Notes: generated by a model from the sequence alone, not told the origin. 64,000 nt of DNA from an uncultured Muribaculaceae bacterium (GCA_964629735.1 CAZVQX010000001.1:86984-150983); one strand, 5' to 3'. Shown: positions 17,885-28,767, counted from the first letter of the stretch. Numbers and translations: made by a program.

Positions 17885-18214
17885 ATGAGTAAAAAGCTAC
17901 CCAAGGTTTTTGTTAATAAAATAGATAAAAAATTAGAGAATAACTCACTTGTTTATTATAGCTATCATGATAATAAACAAAATTTTAGGGAAATAGAAAA
18001 GGAAAAGGATCTTAAGTCTGATATGTCAATCGAGGAAAAAATAATGGCAATTTTTAATTCGCCAAATTATGTATATAAAGCAACAGTAAATATTAAGTTA
18101 GTAGATAAAACTATTACAAAACAAATTGTAGGTAGAAATTTGTTTAATATAATTACTATTGATAATGAATTAATAAAAATTAGTGATATAATTGATATTG
18201 AAATTTCAGAATAA
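17885..18214 (+). CDS. Hypothetical 109-aa protein
   Basis: ORF with AGGAGG RBS. Confidence 0.3.
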   Translation: MSKKLPKVFVNKIDKKLENNSLVYYSYHDNKQNFREIEKEKDLKSDMSIEEKIMAIFNSPNYVYKATVNIKLVDKTITKQIVGRNLFNIITIDNELIKISDIIDIEISE

Positions 18215-18235
18215 TGCCGTTTTATTAAAAAATAT

Positions 18236-18262
18236 CCCAGTCTAATATTATTAAACTGGGAT
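18236..18262 (-). terminator. Terminator for the minus-strand CotZ-like gene
   Basis: CCCAGT...ACTGGG hairpin. The T-run lies on the minus-strand side. Confidence 0.45.
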
Positions 18263-18281
18263 GTATGCCTATTTGTATAAA

Positions 18282-18716
18282 CTAATCGACATCAACATAT
18301 GTATCTCTTAAACATCTAATTGCGCATATACAATCTAAATTCATAGTGAATATAGAATTGGTAGGCTCATATTTTTTGCCGGGCTTATTGCATGAAACTA
18401 AGACTCTAAAAGTAGCACAGTTGTCACTTATTTTTTCAACCCTAAATACACATGATTTTGGTGATGTACTAGTACAAGAATCGCTTTCTTTAAAAACTGG
18501 CATAGCCCAAGGTGTCCCATTTCCGCAACAAGTATAAATCATTATAGGTCTAGTATTGAAAAAATGACAAGGTTCTAAATCACCAAGAAAAGCTTTATCG
18601 CAACTATCTAAGCATTTATCCGTTTTTTTGCTCTTGCTTTGTAGTAAGCATATAATGGTTAATATTTCTGCAATACAATTATTGTCTTTTGGTTTGTTTT
18701 GACACATAAAATCCAC
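18282..18716 (-). CDS. CotY/CotZ-family cysteine-rich spore coat/exosporium protein
   Basis: Cys-rich, 144 aa. CVFRVEKISDNCATFRVLV and NLDCICAIRCL align with B. subtilis CotZ FFRVERVHGSCATLSLL and VDLDCFCAINCL. Confidence 0.5.
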   Translation of the reverse strand: MDFMCQNKPKDNNCIAEILTIICLLQSKSKKTDKCLDSCDKAFLGDLEPCHFFNTRPIMIYTCCGNGTPWAMPVFKESDSCTSTSPKSCVFRVEKISDNCATFRVLVSCNKPGKKYEPTNSIFTMNLDCICAIRCLRDTYVDVD

Positions 18717-18845
18717 TCCTTACTGTTTTCATTAATAGCATATTCACTATAATATAATCAGTGTGAAAATTTTGCCTACAATTAGAAATTATTATGTATA
18801 TTTATTAACTTTTATTATGATATAATATATTGAGTAGGTGGATTT

Positions 18846-20804
18846 ATGTTGAAAAATAGAAATTATTATTTTACACAAATTTTTTTGATTTTATTTGTTA
18901 GTCTTTTGTATATTGAAGCATTTTTTAAAATTTTATCTTTTGGTAATTTATTTCAAATTGAATTTATTAGAATTGCTTTATTTACAGCAACAATCTGCTT
19001 AATAATTGCGTTTGTCTGTTCATTCTTCAAACCAAGAGTAAGTATTGTTATAATTTTTATCAGCATTTTTTTAAGTGCGACTTATTCTCTTATTCAATTA
19101 AATTTTCATAGTTTTATGGGAAATTATATGTCGTTTAATGCAGCAGGGGATGGTTTGGGACGGGTTGGTGAACAAGTTAAAGATTTTGTTATGTATATAA
19201 AACCAATATATTATTTGTTTTATTTACCTTTTGTTATATTAATTATTTTGTTTATAGCTATTAAAAATATTTTAATAAAAGATAAAATAAGTTTTAAATC
19301 AACTGTTTCTAAATTATTATTAATAGTTATTGTTCATATTTTGTCTTTATCAACTTTATATTTAAATACATTCCAAGATCCAAATCAAATTAAAAGTAAT
19401 AAAATTTTATATAAAGCACCATTCTTATTAGAATTGTCTTTGAAGCAGTTTGGTACAATGCGTTTTTTACATCGTGATTTAGTTTACATGTTTAGTTCAA
19501 AACAAATTGAAAATATTATTATTGAAGACATTCCAGTTGTTAATCAGCCGGTTATTGTTCCTAATTATGAAAGAATTATTGACGATAGTGAATGGCGTTC
19601 GTTAATTGATAATGAAAATAATGAGCAAATAAAAAAACTACATAATTTTTTTATTAATCAAAGTGTTACACCCCGAAATGATATGACCGGAATTTTTAAA
19701 GATAAAAATTTAATATTAATTATGGTGGAGGCTTTTGATATGATTGCAATTAACGAAAAGTTAACACCAACATTATATAAATTATCAACTGAGGGATTAA
19801 ACTTTGATAATTACTATACCCCCAAATATAGTTGTACTACTGGAGAGAGTGAATTTATTGCGTTGACATCAATAATACCTAGCTCAACTGTTTGTACGCC
19901 AAATGAGTATAAACATAATAATTATAAAACATCAATTTTTGAGTTGTTTAATAAAAGTGGATATTATAGCACTTCATATCATAACTATTCTGATAAATTC
20001 TATGCCAGAAAAATACTTCATAAAAATATGGGGTCAGTTAAATTTTATAATAATGAAGATTTAAATATTAAGAGAATTTGGGGTTGGCCGAGTGATTTAA
20101 ATTTAATGGAAGAAGCTGTTCCACATTTTATAGAAAAAGATAAATTTTTCAGTTTTGTTATAACCTCAACAACTCATTTTCCATATAATGAGGATGGCCA
20201 TGTTGGGGTTGTGCTTGATCATTGGGATAAGGTAAAAGACTTACCTTATAATATAAAAATAAAAAGATATATGGCTAAAGCTATTGAATTGGATTTGGCT
20301 CTTGAATATTTGTTAGATACATTGGAACAAAGAAAAATATTAGATGACACCGTTATTGTTTTATTTGGTGATCATCATCCTTTAAATATGGAATTTAAGT
20401 ATTTAAATGAAGCATCATCAATTGACCGCTTCCAAGATTTTAATATAGATAGATTACCTTTTATCATTTATAATTCAGCAATAGAACCGAAAAAAGTAAA
20501 TAAAACAGCTAGTACATTTGATATTTTACCAACAGTAGCAAATTTATTTGATTTAGATTATGATCCTAGATACTATATAGGTAAGGATGTGTTTTCAGAT
20601 GAGGAAACTATTGTTGTTTTTACAACTGGGAGCTGGATAACTGATAAAGCAATATACTTTTCGAGAAGTAATGAGGTAAAAAAATTGCAAGATGATATAG
20701 ATGATGATTATATATCTAGTATCAATAGTAAGGTTAATAATTATTTTAATGTGTCTAATGAAACTTTAAAGAGAGATTATTTTAAATATAGATTTTCAAA
20801 ATAA
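18846..20804 (+). CDS. LTA synthase (LtaS) family sulfatase-domain membrane protein
   Basis: Five N-terminal transmembrane helices plus an extracellular alkaline-phosphatase/sulfatase-like domain (MVEAFDMIA...TTHFPY...LFGDHHP). Confidence 0.75.
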   Translation: MLKNRNYYFTQIFLILFVSLLYIEAFFKILSFGNLFQIEFIRIALFTATICLIIAFVCSFFKPRVSIVIIFISIFLSATYSLIQLNFHSFMGNYMSFNAAGDGLGRVGEQVKDFVMYIKPIYYLFYLPFVILIILFIAIKNILIKDKISFKSTVSKLLLIVIVHILSLSTLYLNTFQDPNQIKSNKILYKAPFLLELSLKQFGTMRFLHRDLVYMFSSKQIENIIIEDIPVVNQPVIVPNYERIIDDSEWRSLIDNENNEQIKKLHNFFINQSVTPRNDMTGIFKDKNLILIMVEAFDMIAINEKLTPTLYKLSTEGLNFDNYYTPKYSCTTGESEFIALTSIIPSSTVCTPNEYKHNNYKTSIFELFNKSGYYSTSYHNYSDKFYARKILHKNMGSVKFYNNEDLNIKRIWGWPSDLNLMEEAVPHFIEKDKFFSFVITSTTHFPYNEDGHVGVVLDHWDKVKDLPYNIKIKRYMAKAIELDLALEYLLDTLEQRKILDDTVIVLFGDHHPLNMEFKYLNEASSIDRFQDFNIDRLPFIIYNSAIEPKKVNKTASTFDILPTVANLFDLDYDPRYYIGKDVFSDEETIVVFTTGSWITDKAIYFSRSNEVKKLQDDIDDDYISSINSKVNNYFNVSNETLKRDYFKYRFSK

Positions 20805-20808
20805 AAAG

Positions 20809-20840
20809 GTATATGTATTTATCATGTACCTTTTTATTGC
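20809..20840. terminator. Bidirectional terminator
   Basis: GGTATATG...CATGTACC stem (one mismatch) followed by a T-run, between convergent genes. Confidence 0.45.
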
Positions 20841-20872
20841 CTGTTTTAAACAAATCAGAGCTAAAGTTTTCG

Positions 20873-21397
20873 TTAAATTTGTTTAAAATAACCGTTTTGG
20901 ACATATTTAGTTTCTGTAACAACAATAAATGCTTTTTTATCAATTGATTTAACAAGGTTCTGTAGATGATTTAAATGTTTTTTATCTATCTCAATAAACA
21001 GCATATATTTTGCTGATTTTTCATCAATTCCGCTGACATCAACAGCAGATACTGCATAACCATTTTCCCTTAATTTTACTAACATTTTATTATTTTTATT
21101 GGTTATTATTTGAACACCGAAAGTACCTTTAATAAATTTATCGGATATAAATCCACCAATATATGTACCTGCAGCGAATCCACCGGCATAGGCAAATATA
21201 ATCCAAATATTTGAAGTGCTAGTATTTAGAGCTTCCCTAACAACGGAAAACCAAATTGAAATTTCAATAAAACCAACAATACTTGAAATTAGTCGTTTAC
21301 CTTTTACTAATAAAATCATTCTTACAGTTCCTAAAGAAACATCTAATATTCTTACTAAAAAAATTTTAATATAAAGTAATGCCATATTTACCTCCAT
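20873..21397 (-). CDS. DUF2179/UPF0316-family small membrane protein
   Basis: Three transmembrane helices plus a C-terminal DUF2179-like domain. Weak recall-based call. Confidence 0.4.
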   Translation of the reverse strand: MEVNMALLYIKIFLVRILDVSLGTVRMILLVKGKRLISSIVGFIEISIWFSVVREALNTSTSNIWIIFAYAGGFAAGTYIGGFISDKFIKGTFGVQIITNKNNKMLVKLRENGYAVSAVDVSGIDEKSAKYMLFIEIDKKHLNHLQNLVKSIDKKAFIVVTETKYVQNGYFKQI

Positions 21398-21458
21398 TAT
21401 GATTATATCATAAAATTGTCATTTTAATTAAAGAAAGGTTTATAATTTAATAGGTGAT

Positions 21459-21686
21459 ATGATGTTTGGGCGAATTTTCTTTTTTCTATTAGGTTTTGGA
21501 CTAACTATTATTGGATCGGTTTATATAATAAGTTATTTAAACTTATTAACTATAGGGTATAATTTTTTTGATTATGTCAAATTTATAAGTAAAAGGGTTG
21601 AATGTTATTATACGCTTATTGGTTTTATTATGTTGATATTAGCTATTTTTATACCTGGAGGAGATAAAAATGAACTATATATATGA
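21459..21686 (+). CDS. Small hypothetical membrane protein (75 aa)
   Basis: Two predicted transmembrane helices. Confidence 0.25.
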   Translation: MMFGRIFFFLLGFGLTIIGSVYIISYLNLLTIGYNFFDYVKFISKRVECYYTLIGFIMLILAIFIPGGDKNELYI

Positions 21687-22293
21687 TATATTATTAAATT
21701 TAAATCAGCATGCATATGAGTTTTTTGAATGGGAATTAAATGATAACATTGTTCATGTGAAAAAAACTCCTTTAATTAAAATAAAGAGTGAGGATCTAAT
21801 AAATTTTAAAAATAACAAAGTACAAGTAACTGATGCTTTTTTAGATATAATAAAATTTAAAACAAATTTTTTTGGTAAACTCAATTATGATTATTTGTGC
21901 CTATTTAGTGATGGTCGTATAGTTATGGGCGTTGTTTTTGATAATGATGGTAATAACGTATTGAAAAGTCACTTATTACTTGATGAAGAGATGGAAATAT
22001 TAGACATACTAGATATAATTGTTTATAAAGATATTGAATATCAAATAATTGAATATAGTGATACAACTCTTCTAACTAGAAATCAATTAGATATAAATAA
22101 TTATATAAAAAAAGAACTATATAATATTAACGAAATAGAAAAATTAAAATATATACATTATGAATGTTTTAATAATAATGAATGTAGTATTCATAAAATA
22201 AAAGATAAACTTTTCTTAGAATTAAAAGAAAATTGGGATAGCATAGCATATAGACTATATGATGTTTTAAAATTAACATCACCAAATAAGTAA
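21670..22293 (+). CDS. Hypothetical protein (207 aa)
   Basis: ORF with GGAGG RBS. Overlaps the previous ORF by 17 nt. Confidence 0.3.
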   Translation: MNYIYDILLNLNQHAYEFFEWELNDNIVHVKKTPLIKIKSEDLINFKNNKVQVTDAFLDIIKFKTNFFGKLNYDYLCLFSDGRIVMGVVFDNDGNNVLKSHLLLDEEMEILDILDIIVYKDIEYQIIEYSDTTLLTRNQLDINNYIKKELYNINEIEKLKYIHYECFNNNECSIHKIKDKLFLELKENWDSIAYRLYDVLKLTSPNK

Positions 22294-22391
22294 TTATAGG
22301 CAAGCGGAAAAATATCGTTTGCTTTTTTATTTATGAATTAATATTATCCCAAAAAAGTTAAAAATATAGTATAATATATAAAGGTGATTTT

Positions 22392-23336
22392 GTGAGAAAA
22401 AAGGTAGTAGTTTTAGGAGGGGGCACAGGTTTGTCAACTCTTTTAATGGGATTAAAAGAATTTCCTTTAGATATAAGTGCAGTTGTATCAGTTAGTGACG
22501 ATGGTAGTAGCACAGGACGACTTCGCAAGGAGTTTAATATACCTGCAGTTGGTGATATCAGAAAAGTATTAGTTTCTCTTTCGGAGACGGAACCGTTATT
22601 TGAAAAATTGTTGAATTATCGATTTAATACTTCGAGCGATTTAAATGGCCATACTGTTGGTAATTTACTATTAACTGCGGCTTCCGATATAACAGGTAAT
22701 ATGTCAGAAGGAATTAATGCTGTATCAAGAGTGTTGAACTTAAAAGGTGAGGTATTACCTTTAACTGAAGATAATGTTATTTTGATGGGAAAAATGGAAG
22801 ATGGTAGCATCGTTGAAGGAGAACATAATATTACTGATAGTAAATTAATAATTAAAGATGTTTTTTATAAAGAAAAACCACGTGTTAATCCTAGTGTTAT
22901 TAAGGCTGTTCGTGAGGCTGATTTAGTCATTTTAAGTATGGGTAGTGTATTTACTAGTATAATTCCAAATTTAATATGTAAAGAAGTTCAAGAAGCCTTA
23001 GAAAAGAGTTCGGCTTCAATAATGTATGTTTGTAACATGATGACCCAACCCGGTGAAACTGACAATTTTAGCGTGAGTCATCATATTAAATTATTAAATA
23101 AATATTTAGGTAAACGTCAAATTGATGTAGCAATTGTTAATAATGGGTCAATTTCTAAAGAATTATTAAAAAAATATGAAACGCTTGAGCAAAAAGATCC
23201 AGTTTATTATGATGAGGAAAAAGTTAAAAAATTAAACACACAAATAATTTCATCAGATTTTATTATGATAAGGGATGGAAATATTAGACATGATTATAAA
23301 AAGTTAGCTGCATATATTTTTATTTATTTGATATAG
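22392..23336 (+). CDS. yvcK: Gluconeogenesis factor YvcK (CofD-like, UPF0052)
   Basis: VVVLGGGTGLSTLLMGLK...SDDGSSTGRLR. Precedes whiA as in Bacilli. Confidence 0.85.
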   Translation: MRKKVVVLGGGTGLSTLLMGLKEFPLDISAVVSVSDDGSSTGRLRKEFNIPAVGDIRKVLVSLSETEPLFEKLLNYRFNTSSDLNGHTVGNLLLTAASDITGNMSEGINAVSRVLNLKGEVLPLTEDNVILMGKMEDGSIVEGEHNITDSKLIIKDVFYKEKPRVNPSVIKAVREADLVILSMGSVFTSIIPNLICKEVQEALEKSSASIMYVCNMMTQPGETDNFSVSHHIKLLNKYLGKRQIDVAIVNNGSISKELLKKYETLEQKDPVYYDEEKVKKLNTQIISSDFIMIRDGNIRHDYKKLAAYIFIYLI

Positions 23337-23346
23337 GGGTGATATA

Positions 23347-24270
23347 TTGTCTTTTACTAGTGTTATAAAGACTGAAATAAGTAAAATTGATGCAACAGAT
23401 ATTGAATATATAGCAGAACTTTCTGCTATATTTCGAAATGTTGCAATTATTAATAATGATATAAAAGTTATTAGCGAGAACGCAAGTGTATCGCGTCGTA
23501 TTTTTAATTTGATTAAAAATACATATCAAGTAACCCCTAAAATAATAGTTCGAAGGGGTTATAACTTTAATAAGGGTTATTTATATATATTAGAGATAAA
23601 TAAAAAAGTAGATGTTATTTTAAATGATTTGAGTCTAAATGAAGGAAGTGTTCCAAAGAACTATATTATTGATGACAGTGATTTAAAAAGAGCTTATTTA
23701 AGAGGTCTGTTTATGGCTGCTGGTAGTATCAACGATCCTAAAAAATCTCGTTATCACTTAGAATTTTTAGTAAGCGATCGTGAGTATGCTAATTTTATCA
23801 AAAAGTTATTAAATTATTATAATTTAAATAGTAAAATTATTGATCGCGATAATAAATTTATGGTGTATATAAAAGAAGCAGAAAAAATTGGGGATTTTTT
23901 AAGAATAATAAATGCTAGTAATGCAGTTTTATATTATGAGGATATAAGAATATATCGAGACCATAAAAATATGACAAATCGATTGAATAATTGTGAACAA
24001 GCTAATATTGATAAAATTATTTTCACTTCAACAAAACAAATTAATGACATTGAATTAATAAAAAACAAGGTAAGTTTAGATGTTTTGGATGATAAGTTGA
24101 AAGAAGTTGCAATTTATCGATCTAAATATCCAGATTCGTCATTAAGTGAATTGAGCAACATTATTAGTATTGAAACAGGCAATAAAATTACCAAATCAGG
24201 ATTATATCATCGATTAAAAAAAATAAGTATAATTGCCGATAAAATGAAAAGAAATCAAGAAAATAAATAA
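23347..24270 (+). CDS. whiA: Sporulation/cell-division regulator WhiA
   Basis: N-terminal MSFTS.IK.E match to WhiA, and a C-terminal HTH (LSELSNIISIETGNKITKSGLYHRLKKI). TTG start. Confidence 0.85.
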   Translation: MSFTSVIKTEISKIDATDIEYIAELSAIFRNVAIINNDIKVISENASVSRRIFNLIKNTYQVTPKIIVRRGYNFNKGYLYILEINKKVDVILNDLSLNEGSVPKNYIIDDSDLKRAYLRGLFMAAGSINDPKKSRYHLEFLVSDREYANFIKKLLNYYNLNSKIIDRDNKFMVYIKEAEKIGDFLRIINASNAVLYYEDIRIYRDHKNMTNRLNNCEQANIDKIIFTSTKQINDIELIKNKVSLDVLDDKLKEVAIYRSKYPDSSLSELSNIISIETGNKITKSGLYHRLKKISIIADKMKRNQENK

Positions 24271-24303
24271 AAAGTATAGTATAATATTAGTTGAGGTGAT
24301 ATT

Positions 24304-24750
24304 GTGAAAGTAATATTTATAAAAGATTTAAGAGGTCAAGGAAAAAAAGGGGAAATAAAAGAAGTAAAAGATGGTTATGGGAAAAACTTCTTAATAAAAA
24401 ATGGTTATGCTGTTTTAGCGACAGAAACTAGTTTAAAAAGATTAAAGCAAGATTTACAAGAACAGGATGAATTGGAATTGTCAGAAATTGTATCTGCTAA
24501 AAAAACAAAAGAACAAATAGAAAAAATAACGCTTCAATTTTTTGTGAAAACTGGCGATAAAGATCGAGTGTTTGGTAGTATTAGTGCTAAACAAATTTCT
24601 GATGAACTAAAAAATCATGGTATAAATGTTGATAAACGAAAAATAAATATTACAAATTCTTTATCAAGTCTAGGAATGCATACAGTTGATATTGATTTAC
24701 ATAAACAAGTTAATGCCTCGCTTAATGTAAATTTATTAAAAGAGAAATAG
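24304..24750 (+). CDS. rplI: 50S ribosomal protein L9
   Basis: [34 protein letters not shown] start. Confidence 0.9.
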   Translation: MKVIFIKDLRGQGKKGEIKEVKDGYGKNFLIKNGYAVLATETSLKRLKQDLQEQDELELSEIVSAKKTKEQIEKITLQFFVKTGDKDRVFGSISAKQISDELKNHGINVDKRKINITNSLSSLGMHTVDIDLHKQVNASLNVNLLKEK

Positions 24751-24758
24751 GTGGTAAA

Positions 24759-26102
24759 ATGCAAGGAAAGGTAATGCCGCATAATTTAGAATCTGAACAA
24801 GCTGTGTTAGGCTCAATGTTTTTGAGTAAATATGCTATTCAGAAATGTGCTGAGGGTTTAAATAAGGATTTATTTTTTCTTGATGCTCATAGTAAAATTT
24901 TTACAGTTATTGTAGAATTAGCAGAAAACGGTTCAGTTGTTGATTTTACAACTGTAACTGCTGAATTGGATAAAAGAAACTGGCTAAAAGCCGTAGGTGA
25001 TGTTGAATATTTAGTTGAAATAACTAATAAAGTTGCTAGTGCAGCTAACGTTGATTCGTATATTAAAATAGTTGTGGAAAATGCAACCTTAAGGAGGTTA
25101 ATAGAGGAAGCAACAGAAATTATAACCTCGGCATATTCTCCAACTGATTCTTTAAATGAAATACTAGATAATGCAGAACGTAAAATATTAAATGTAGTAA
25201 AAACAAGAAAAGGTACAGAATTTCGCTCTATTCAAGAGGTTTTATTTAAAGCTCAAGCAGACTTAGAAAAATTATCGCAACAAAAAGGAGAAATAACTGG
25301 TCTTGCTACTGGGTTCTATGATATTGATAAATTAACTTCTGGACTACACGCTAATGAATTAATTATAATTGCAGCCCGTCCAGGTATGGGTAAAACAGCG
25401 TTTGCACTTAATTTAGCATGTAATGCTGCTATTAACTCAGATAAAGTTGTTGCTCTTTTTAATATGGAAATGGGTGCTGAACAATTGGCGATGAGGATGA
25501 TATCATCACTTGGGCAAATTGATGGTAATAAGATTCGAACTGGCCGATTAGAGCATAATGATTGGAAACGGGTAAATGAAGCTATTAGTCGTCTGGCTGA
25601 TACTAAAATGTTTGTAGATGATACACCAGGTATGACAATTGGTGAGATAAGGGCTAAGTGTCGTCGTTTAGCTAGCTCTAATGATGGTTTGGGTTTAATA
25701 GTTATTGACTATTTACAATTAATAAGTGGCTCAGCCCGTTATGCTGGAAATCGTCAAATGGAAATCTCAGAAATATCCCGTTCGTTAAAAACTTTAGCAA
25801 TGGAGTTAGAAGTTCCTGTCATTGCCCTTGCCCAATTATCGCGTTCTGTTGAATCAAGAGAAGATAAAAGACCGTTATTAAGTGATTTGCGCGAATCCGG
25901 TTCAATTGAGCAAGATGCTGATATAGTTGCGTTCTTATATCGTGATGATTATTATAAAAAAGAAGAATCAATTGATAAAAACACAAGTAAAAGTGAGTTT
26001 ATAATTGGTAAACATCGAAATGGTCCAACAGCGACAATTGAATTGATGTTTATAAAAAATACAAGTACTTTTAGAAATTATATAAATGAAGTAGAAATAT
26101 AG
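24759..26102 (+). CDS. dnaB: Replicative DNA helicase DnaB (DnaC of Bacilli)
   Basis: Walker A ARPGMGKTAF and RecA-like motifs. The rplI-dnaB order matches Bacilli. Confidence 0.95.
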   Translation: MQGKVMPHNLESEQAVLGSMFLSKYAIQKCAEGLNKDLFFLDAHSKIFTVIVELAENGSVVDFTTVTAELDKRNWLKAVGDVEYLVEITNKVASAANVDSYIKIVVENATLRRLIEEATEIITSAYSPTDSLNEILDNAERKILNVVKTRKGTEFRSIQEVLFKAQADLEKLSQQKGEITGLATGFYDIDKLTSGLHANELIIIAARPGMGKTAFALNLACNAAINSDKVVALFNMEMGAEQLAMRMISSLGQIDGNKIRTGRLEHNDWKRVNEAISRLADTKMFVDDTPGMTIGEIRAKCRRLASSNDGLGLIVIDYLQLISGSARYAGNRQMEISEISRSLKTLAMELEVPVIALAQLSRSVESREDKRPLLSDLRESGSIEQDADIVAFLYRDDYYKKEESIDKNTSKSEFIIGKHRNGPTATIELMFIKNTSTFRNYINEVEI

Positions 26103-26109
26103 GTGGAAT

Positions 26110-27564
26110 ATGAAGAAAATAGGTTATATATTAATTTTAATTATTATAAGCTTAAGCGTTTTATTATTAGGTTTTAATAATAATGAAAATCAACACCCTC
26201 ACGAACTTTATCAAGTTTATTTAGATGGCGAAGTAATAGGTGTCGTTAAAAATAAAAAAAGTTTAGAAAAATATATTGATAAACGAGGAAATTACATTAA
26301 GAAGAAATATAAAGTTGATAAAGTATATGGTCCTACTACATTAGAAATTAAAAAAATATTAACATATAATTCTAAAGTTAACTCAGAAGAGGAGATATAT
26401 AAAAAAATTAGTGAAATTAAACCTTTTACAGTTAAAGGATATCAATTTTCAATAAAAAATGAAGAAGAGAAACATAAAAAGATATATGTTTTAGATCATA
26501 AAGTGTTTGAAGAAAGTATAGAAAATACAATTAAAACATTTACTGGTAGTCAATCATATGGTTTATATAAAACTGATAATCAACCTAAAATTGAAACGGT
26601 AGGAAGTATCTTAGAAAATGTTTATCTAGAGGATAATATAACAGTTAAAGAGATGCGCATACCAGTTAATGAAAAAATATATTTAGACAGTAATGAATTA
26701 TCTCGATTTTTATTATTTGGAACAACAAATGAACAAAGAAAATATACGGTGGTGGTTGGTGACACTATTGAAACGGTAGCATTTAATAATAAAATTAGTA
26801 GTGAAGAGTTTTTAATATCGAATCCTTCTTTTACAAGTAAAAATAATCTTTTGTTTCCTGGGCAAGAAGTAGTTATTGGTGTTACTGACCCACAAGTAAA
26901 AGTAGTAGTGGTTGAACATTTGGTTCGTGATACAGTAAGTAAAGCAAAACCAGAAATTCGATACGATGCTGAAAAAACAATAGGAACAGAAGAAGTTATT
27001 CAAGAAGAAGAAGAAGGTCTGGATAGAATTACGCAAAAAATAAAAAAAGTAAATGGGACAATTGTTTTCGTTAAACCAGTTAGTACCGAAGAATTAAAAC
27101 CAGCTGTTCCTAAAATAATTTTAAAAGGTGAGAAAAAGCCAACTAATATAGGTGATCGTCGCTCTTGGACTTGGCCAACAGGTAAAGGTTGGGTAATATC
27201 CTCAAATTATGAGTATCGTATTCATCCATTTACAAATAAACGCGAATTACACGCAGCACTTGATATTGCAATTGGCTATGGTGCACATATTTATACAGCA
27301 AATAATGGGACTGTTATTTTTACAGGATATAATAGTAGTTATGGTAATCATATAATTGTTAACCATAGAAATGGCTATTATACTTTATATGCCCATTTAT
27401 CGCGTATTATTGTTAAAAGAGGTCAAGATGTAGCTAGTGGGACTTTAATTGGTTATATGGGAAGTACTGGTATTTCGACAGGACCACATCTTCATTTTGA
27501 GGTGTGGCGCGGCGAACCATTTGCCGGCGGTTATCGTATTAATCCTTGGGGTGTACTAAGATAA
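26110..27564 (+). CDS. Membrane-anchored LysM + M23-family peptidoglycan endopeptidase
   Basis: Transmembrane anchor, a LysM repeat (YTVVVGDTIETVAFNN), and M23 zinc motifs (HAALDIA...YGNHIIVNH...GSTGISTGPHLHFEV). Confidence 0.7.
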   Translation: MKKIGYILILIIISLSVLLLGFNNNENQHPHELYQVYLDGEVIGVVKNKKSLEKYIDKRGNYIKKKYKVDKVYGPTTLEIKKILTYNSKVNSEEEIYKKISEIKPFTVKGYQFSIKNEEEKHKKIYVLDHKVFEESIENTIKTFTGSQSYGLYKTDNQPKIETVGSILENVYLEDNITVKEMRIPVNEKIYLDSNELSRFLLFGTTNEQRKYTVVVGDTIETVAFNNKISSEEFLISNPSFTSKNNLLFPGQEVVIGVTDPQVKVVVVEHLVRDTVSKAKPEIRYDAEKTIGTEEVIQEEEEGLDRITQKIKKVNGTIVFVKPVSTEELKPAVPKIILKGEKKPTNIGDRRSWTWPTGKGWVISSNYEYRIHPFTNKRELHAALDIAIGYGAHIYTANNGTVIFTGYNSSYGNHIIVNHRNGYYTLYAHLSRIIVKRGQDVASGTLIGYMGSTGISTGPHLHFEVWRGEPFAGGYRINPWGVLR

Positions 27565-28325
27565 AAATAAGTGTTTTAGCAAGTGGTAGTCGTGGTAATA
27601 GTACTTTAATTGTGGCTAAAGAACAAAAAATTTTAGTTGATATAGGAACATCAAGTCTATATATTGAAAAAAATTTAAAGTCTCTCAATATTGATCCTGC
27701 TGAAATTAATGCGATTTTTATAACCCATACTCATGTTGACCATATTAATGGATTAAAAGTGTTTTGTAAAAAATATAATCCAACAATTTACCTAACTGAA
27801 ATTATGCATCAAGAAATAAAAAACAAAATTAATATAGATAATTATGTTTACATTAATGAGGAAGTAATACTAGATGATTTATATGTTCAAGTTATAAAAA
27901 CATCTCATGATACTGCCGATTCTAATGGTTATATATTTGAGAGTCATCAAAAAACAGTTGTTTATATTACTGACACCGGTTATATTAATAAAAAGCATTA
28001 TCCTTTATTGGAAAATAAAAATTTATATATAATGGAAAGCAATCATGATTTAAAAATGTTAATGGATACAAACCGCCCCCACCATCTTAAAATTAGGATT
28101 ATGGGGGATAAAGGTCACTTATCTAATAAAGATTCTTCTTATTATTTATCTAAATTGGTTGGTGATAATACAGAATATGTTGTATTAGCGCATTTAAGCG
28201 ATGAGGCAAATTTACCATCTTTAGCAAAGCAAACATTATTAAAAAAATTAGATAAATGCAATAAGAAAGTTAATGATATAATAATAGCTGAACAAAACAA
28301 AAGAACGGAATTGATTGAGATATGA
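27546..28325 (+). CDS. walJ: MBL-fold metallo-hydrolase WalJ/YycJ
   Basis: ISVLASGSRGNSTLI...HTHVDHINGL (beta-lactamase fold). Confidence 0.7.
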   Translation: MGCTKIKISVLASGSRGNSTLIVAKEQKILVDIGTSSLYIEKNLKSLNIDPAEINAIFITHTHVDHINGLKVFCKKYNPTIYLTEIMHQEIKNKINIDNYVYINEEVILDDLYVQVIKTSHDTADSNGYIFESHQKTVVYITDTGYINKKHYPLLENKNLYIMESNHDLKMLMDTNRPHHLKIRIMGDKGHLSNKDSSYYLSKLVGDNTEYVVLAHLSDEANLPSLAKQTLLKKLDKCNKKVNDIIIAEQNKRTELIEI

Positions 28326-28759
28326 TAAAAATATTATGTGTTGGTCGTGTTAAAAAAAATTATTTACGTGAAATGGTTAATGATTACGAAAAAAGATTAT
28401 TAAAATATACAAAATTACAAATTGTTGAAATAGAAGGTTTTGATAATATAGAGAAAGAGAGTTTTCAATTTTTAAAAATAATTAAGCCGAAAGATTTTGT
28501 AATTGTATTAGATGTAGAGGGTAATGAATTATCTTCATTAGAATTATCTCATTATATTGAAAAAAAACAAATAAATCATTCTAACCTCGTTTTTATTATA
28601 GGTAGCTCAAATGGGGTACATAATAGTGTGAAGGAAAGAAGTGATTATCAAATATCATTTTCAAAATTAACATTTCCAAATCAGTTGTTTCGTGCAATCT
28701 TATTAGAACAGCTATATCGTTCATTTAAAATAATAAATAATGAAACTTATCACAAATAA
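28322..28759 (+). CDS. rlmH: 23S rRNA (pseudouridine1915-N3)-methyltransferase RlmH
   Basis: MIKILCVGRVKKNY...IGSSNG...LLEQLYRS. SPOUT fold. ATGA overlap with walJ. Confidence 0.85.
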   Translation: MIKILCVGRVKKNYLREMVNDYEKRLLKYTKLQIVEIEGFDNIEKESFQFLKIIKPKDFVIVLDVEGNELSSLELSHYIEKKQINHSNLVFIIGSSNGVHNSVKERSDYQISFSKLTFPNQLFRAILLEQLYRSFKIINNETYHK

Positions 28760-28767
28760 TGTATAAA

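Noticed and set aside
18717-18845. Possible sigma-K-type promoter upstream of the CotZ-like gene
   Set aside because: Only a loose resemblance to the AC...CATA---TA consensus could be found. Too weak to report as a feature.
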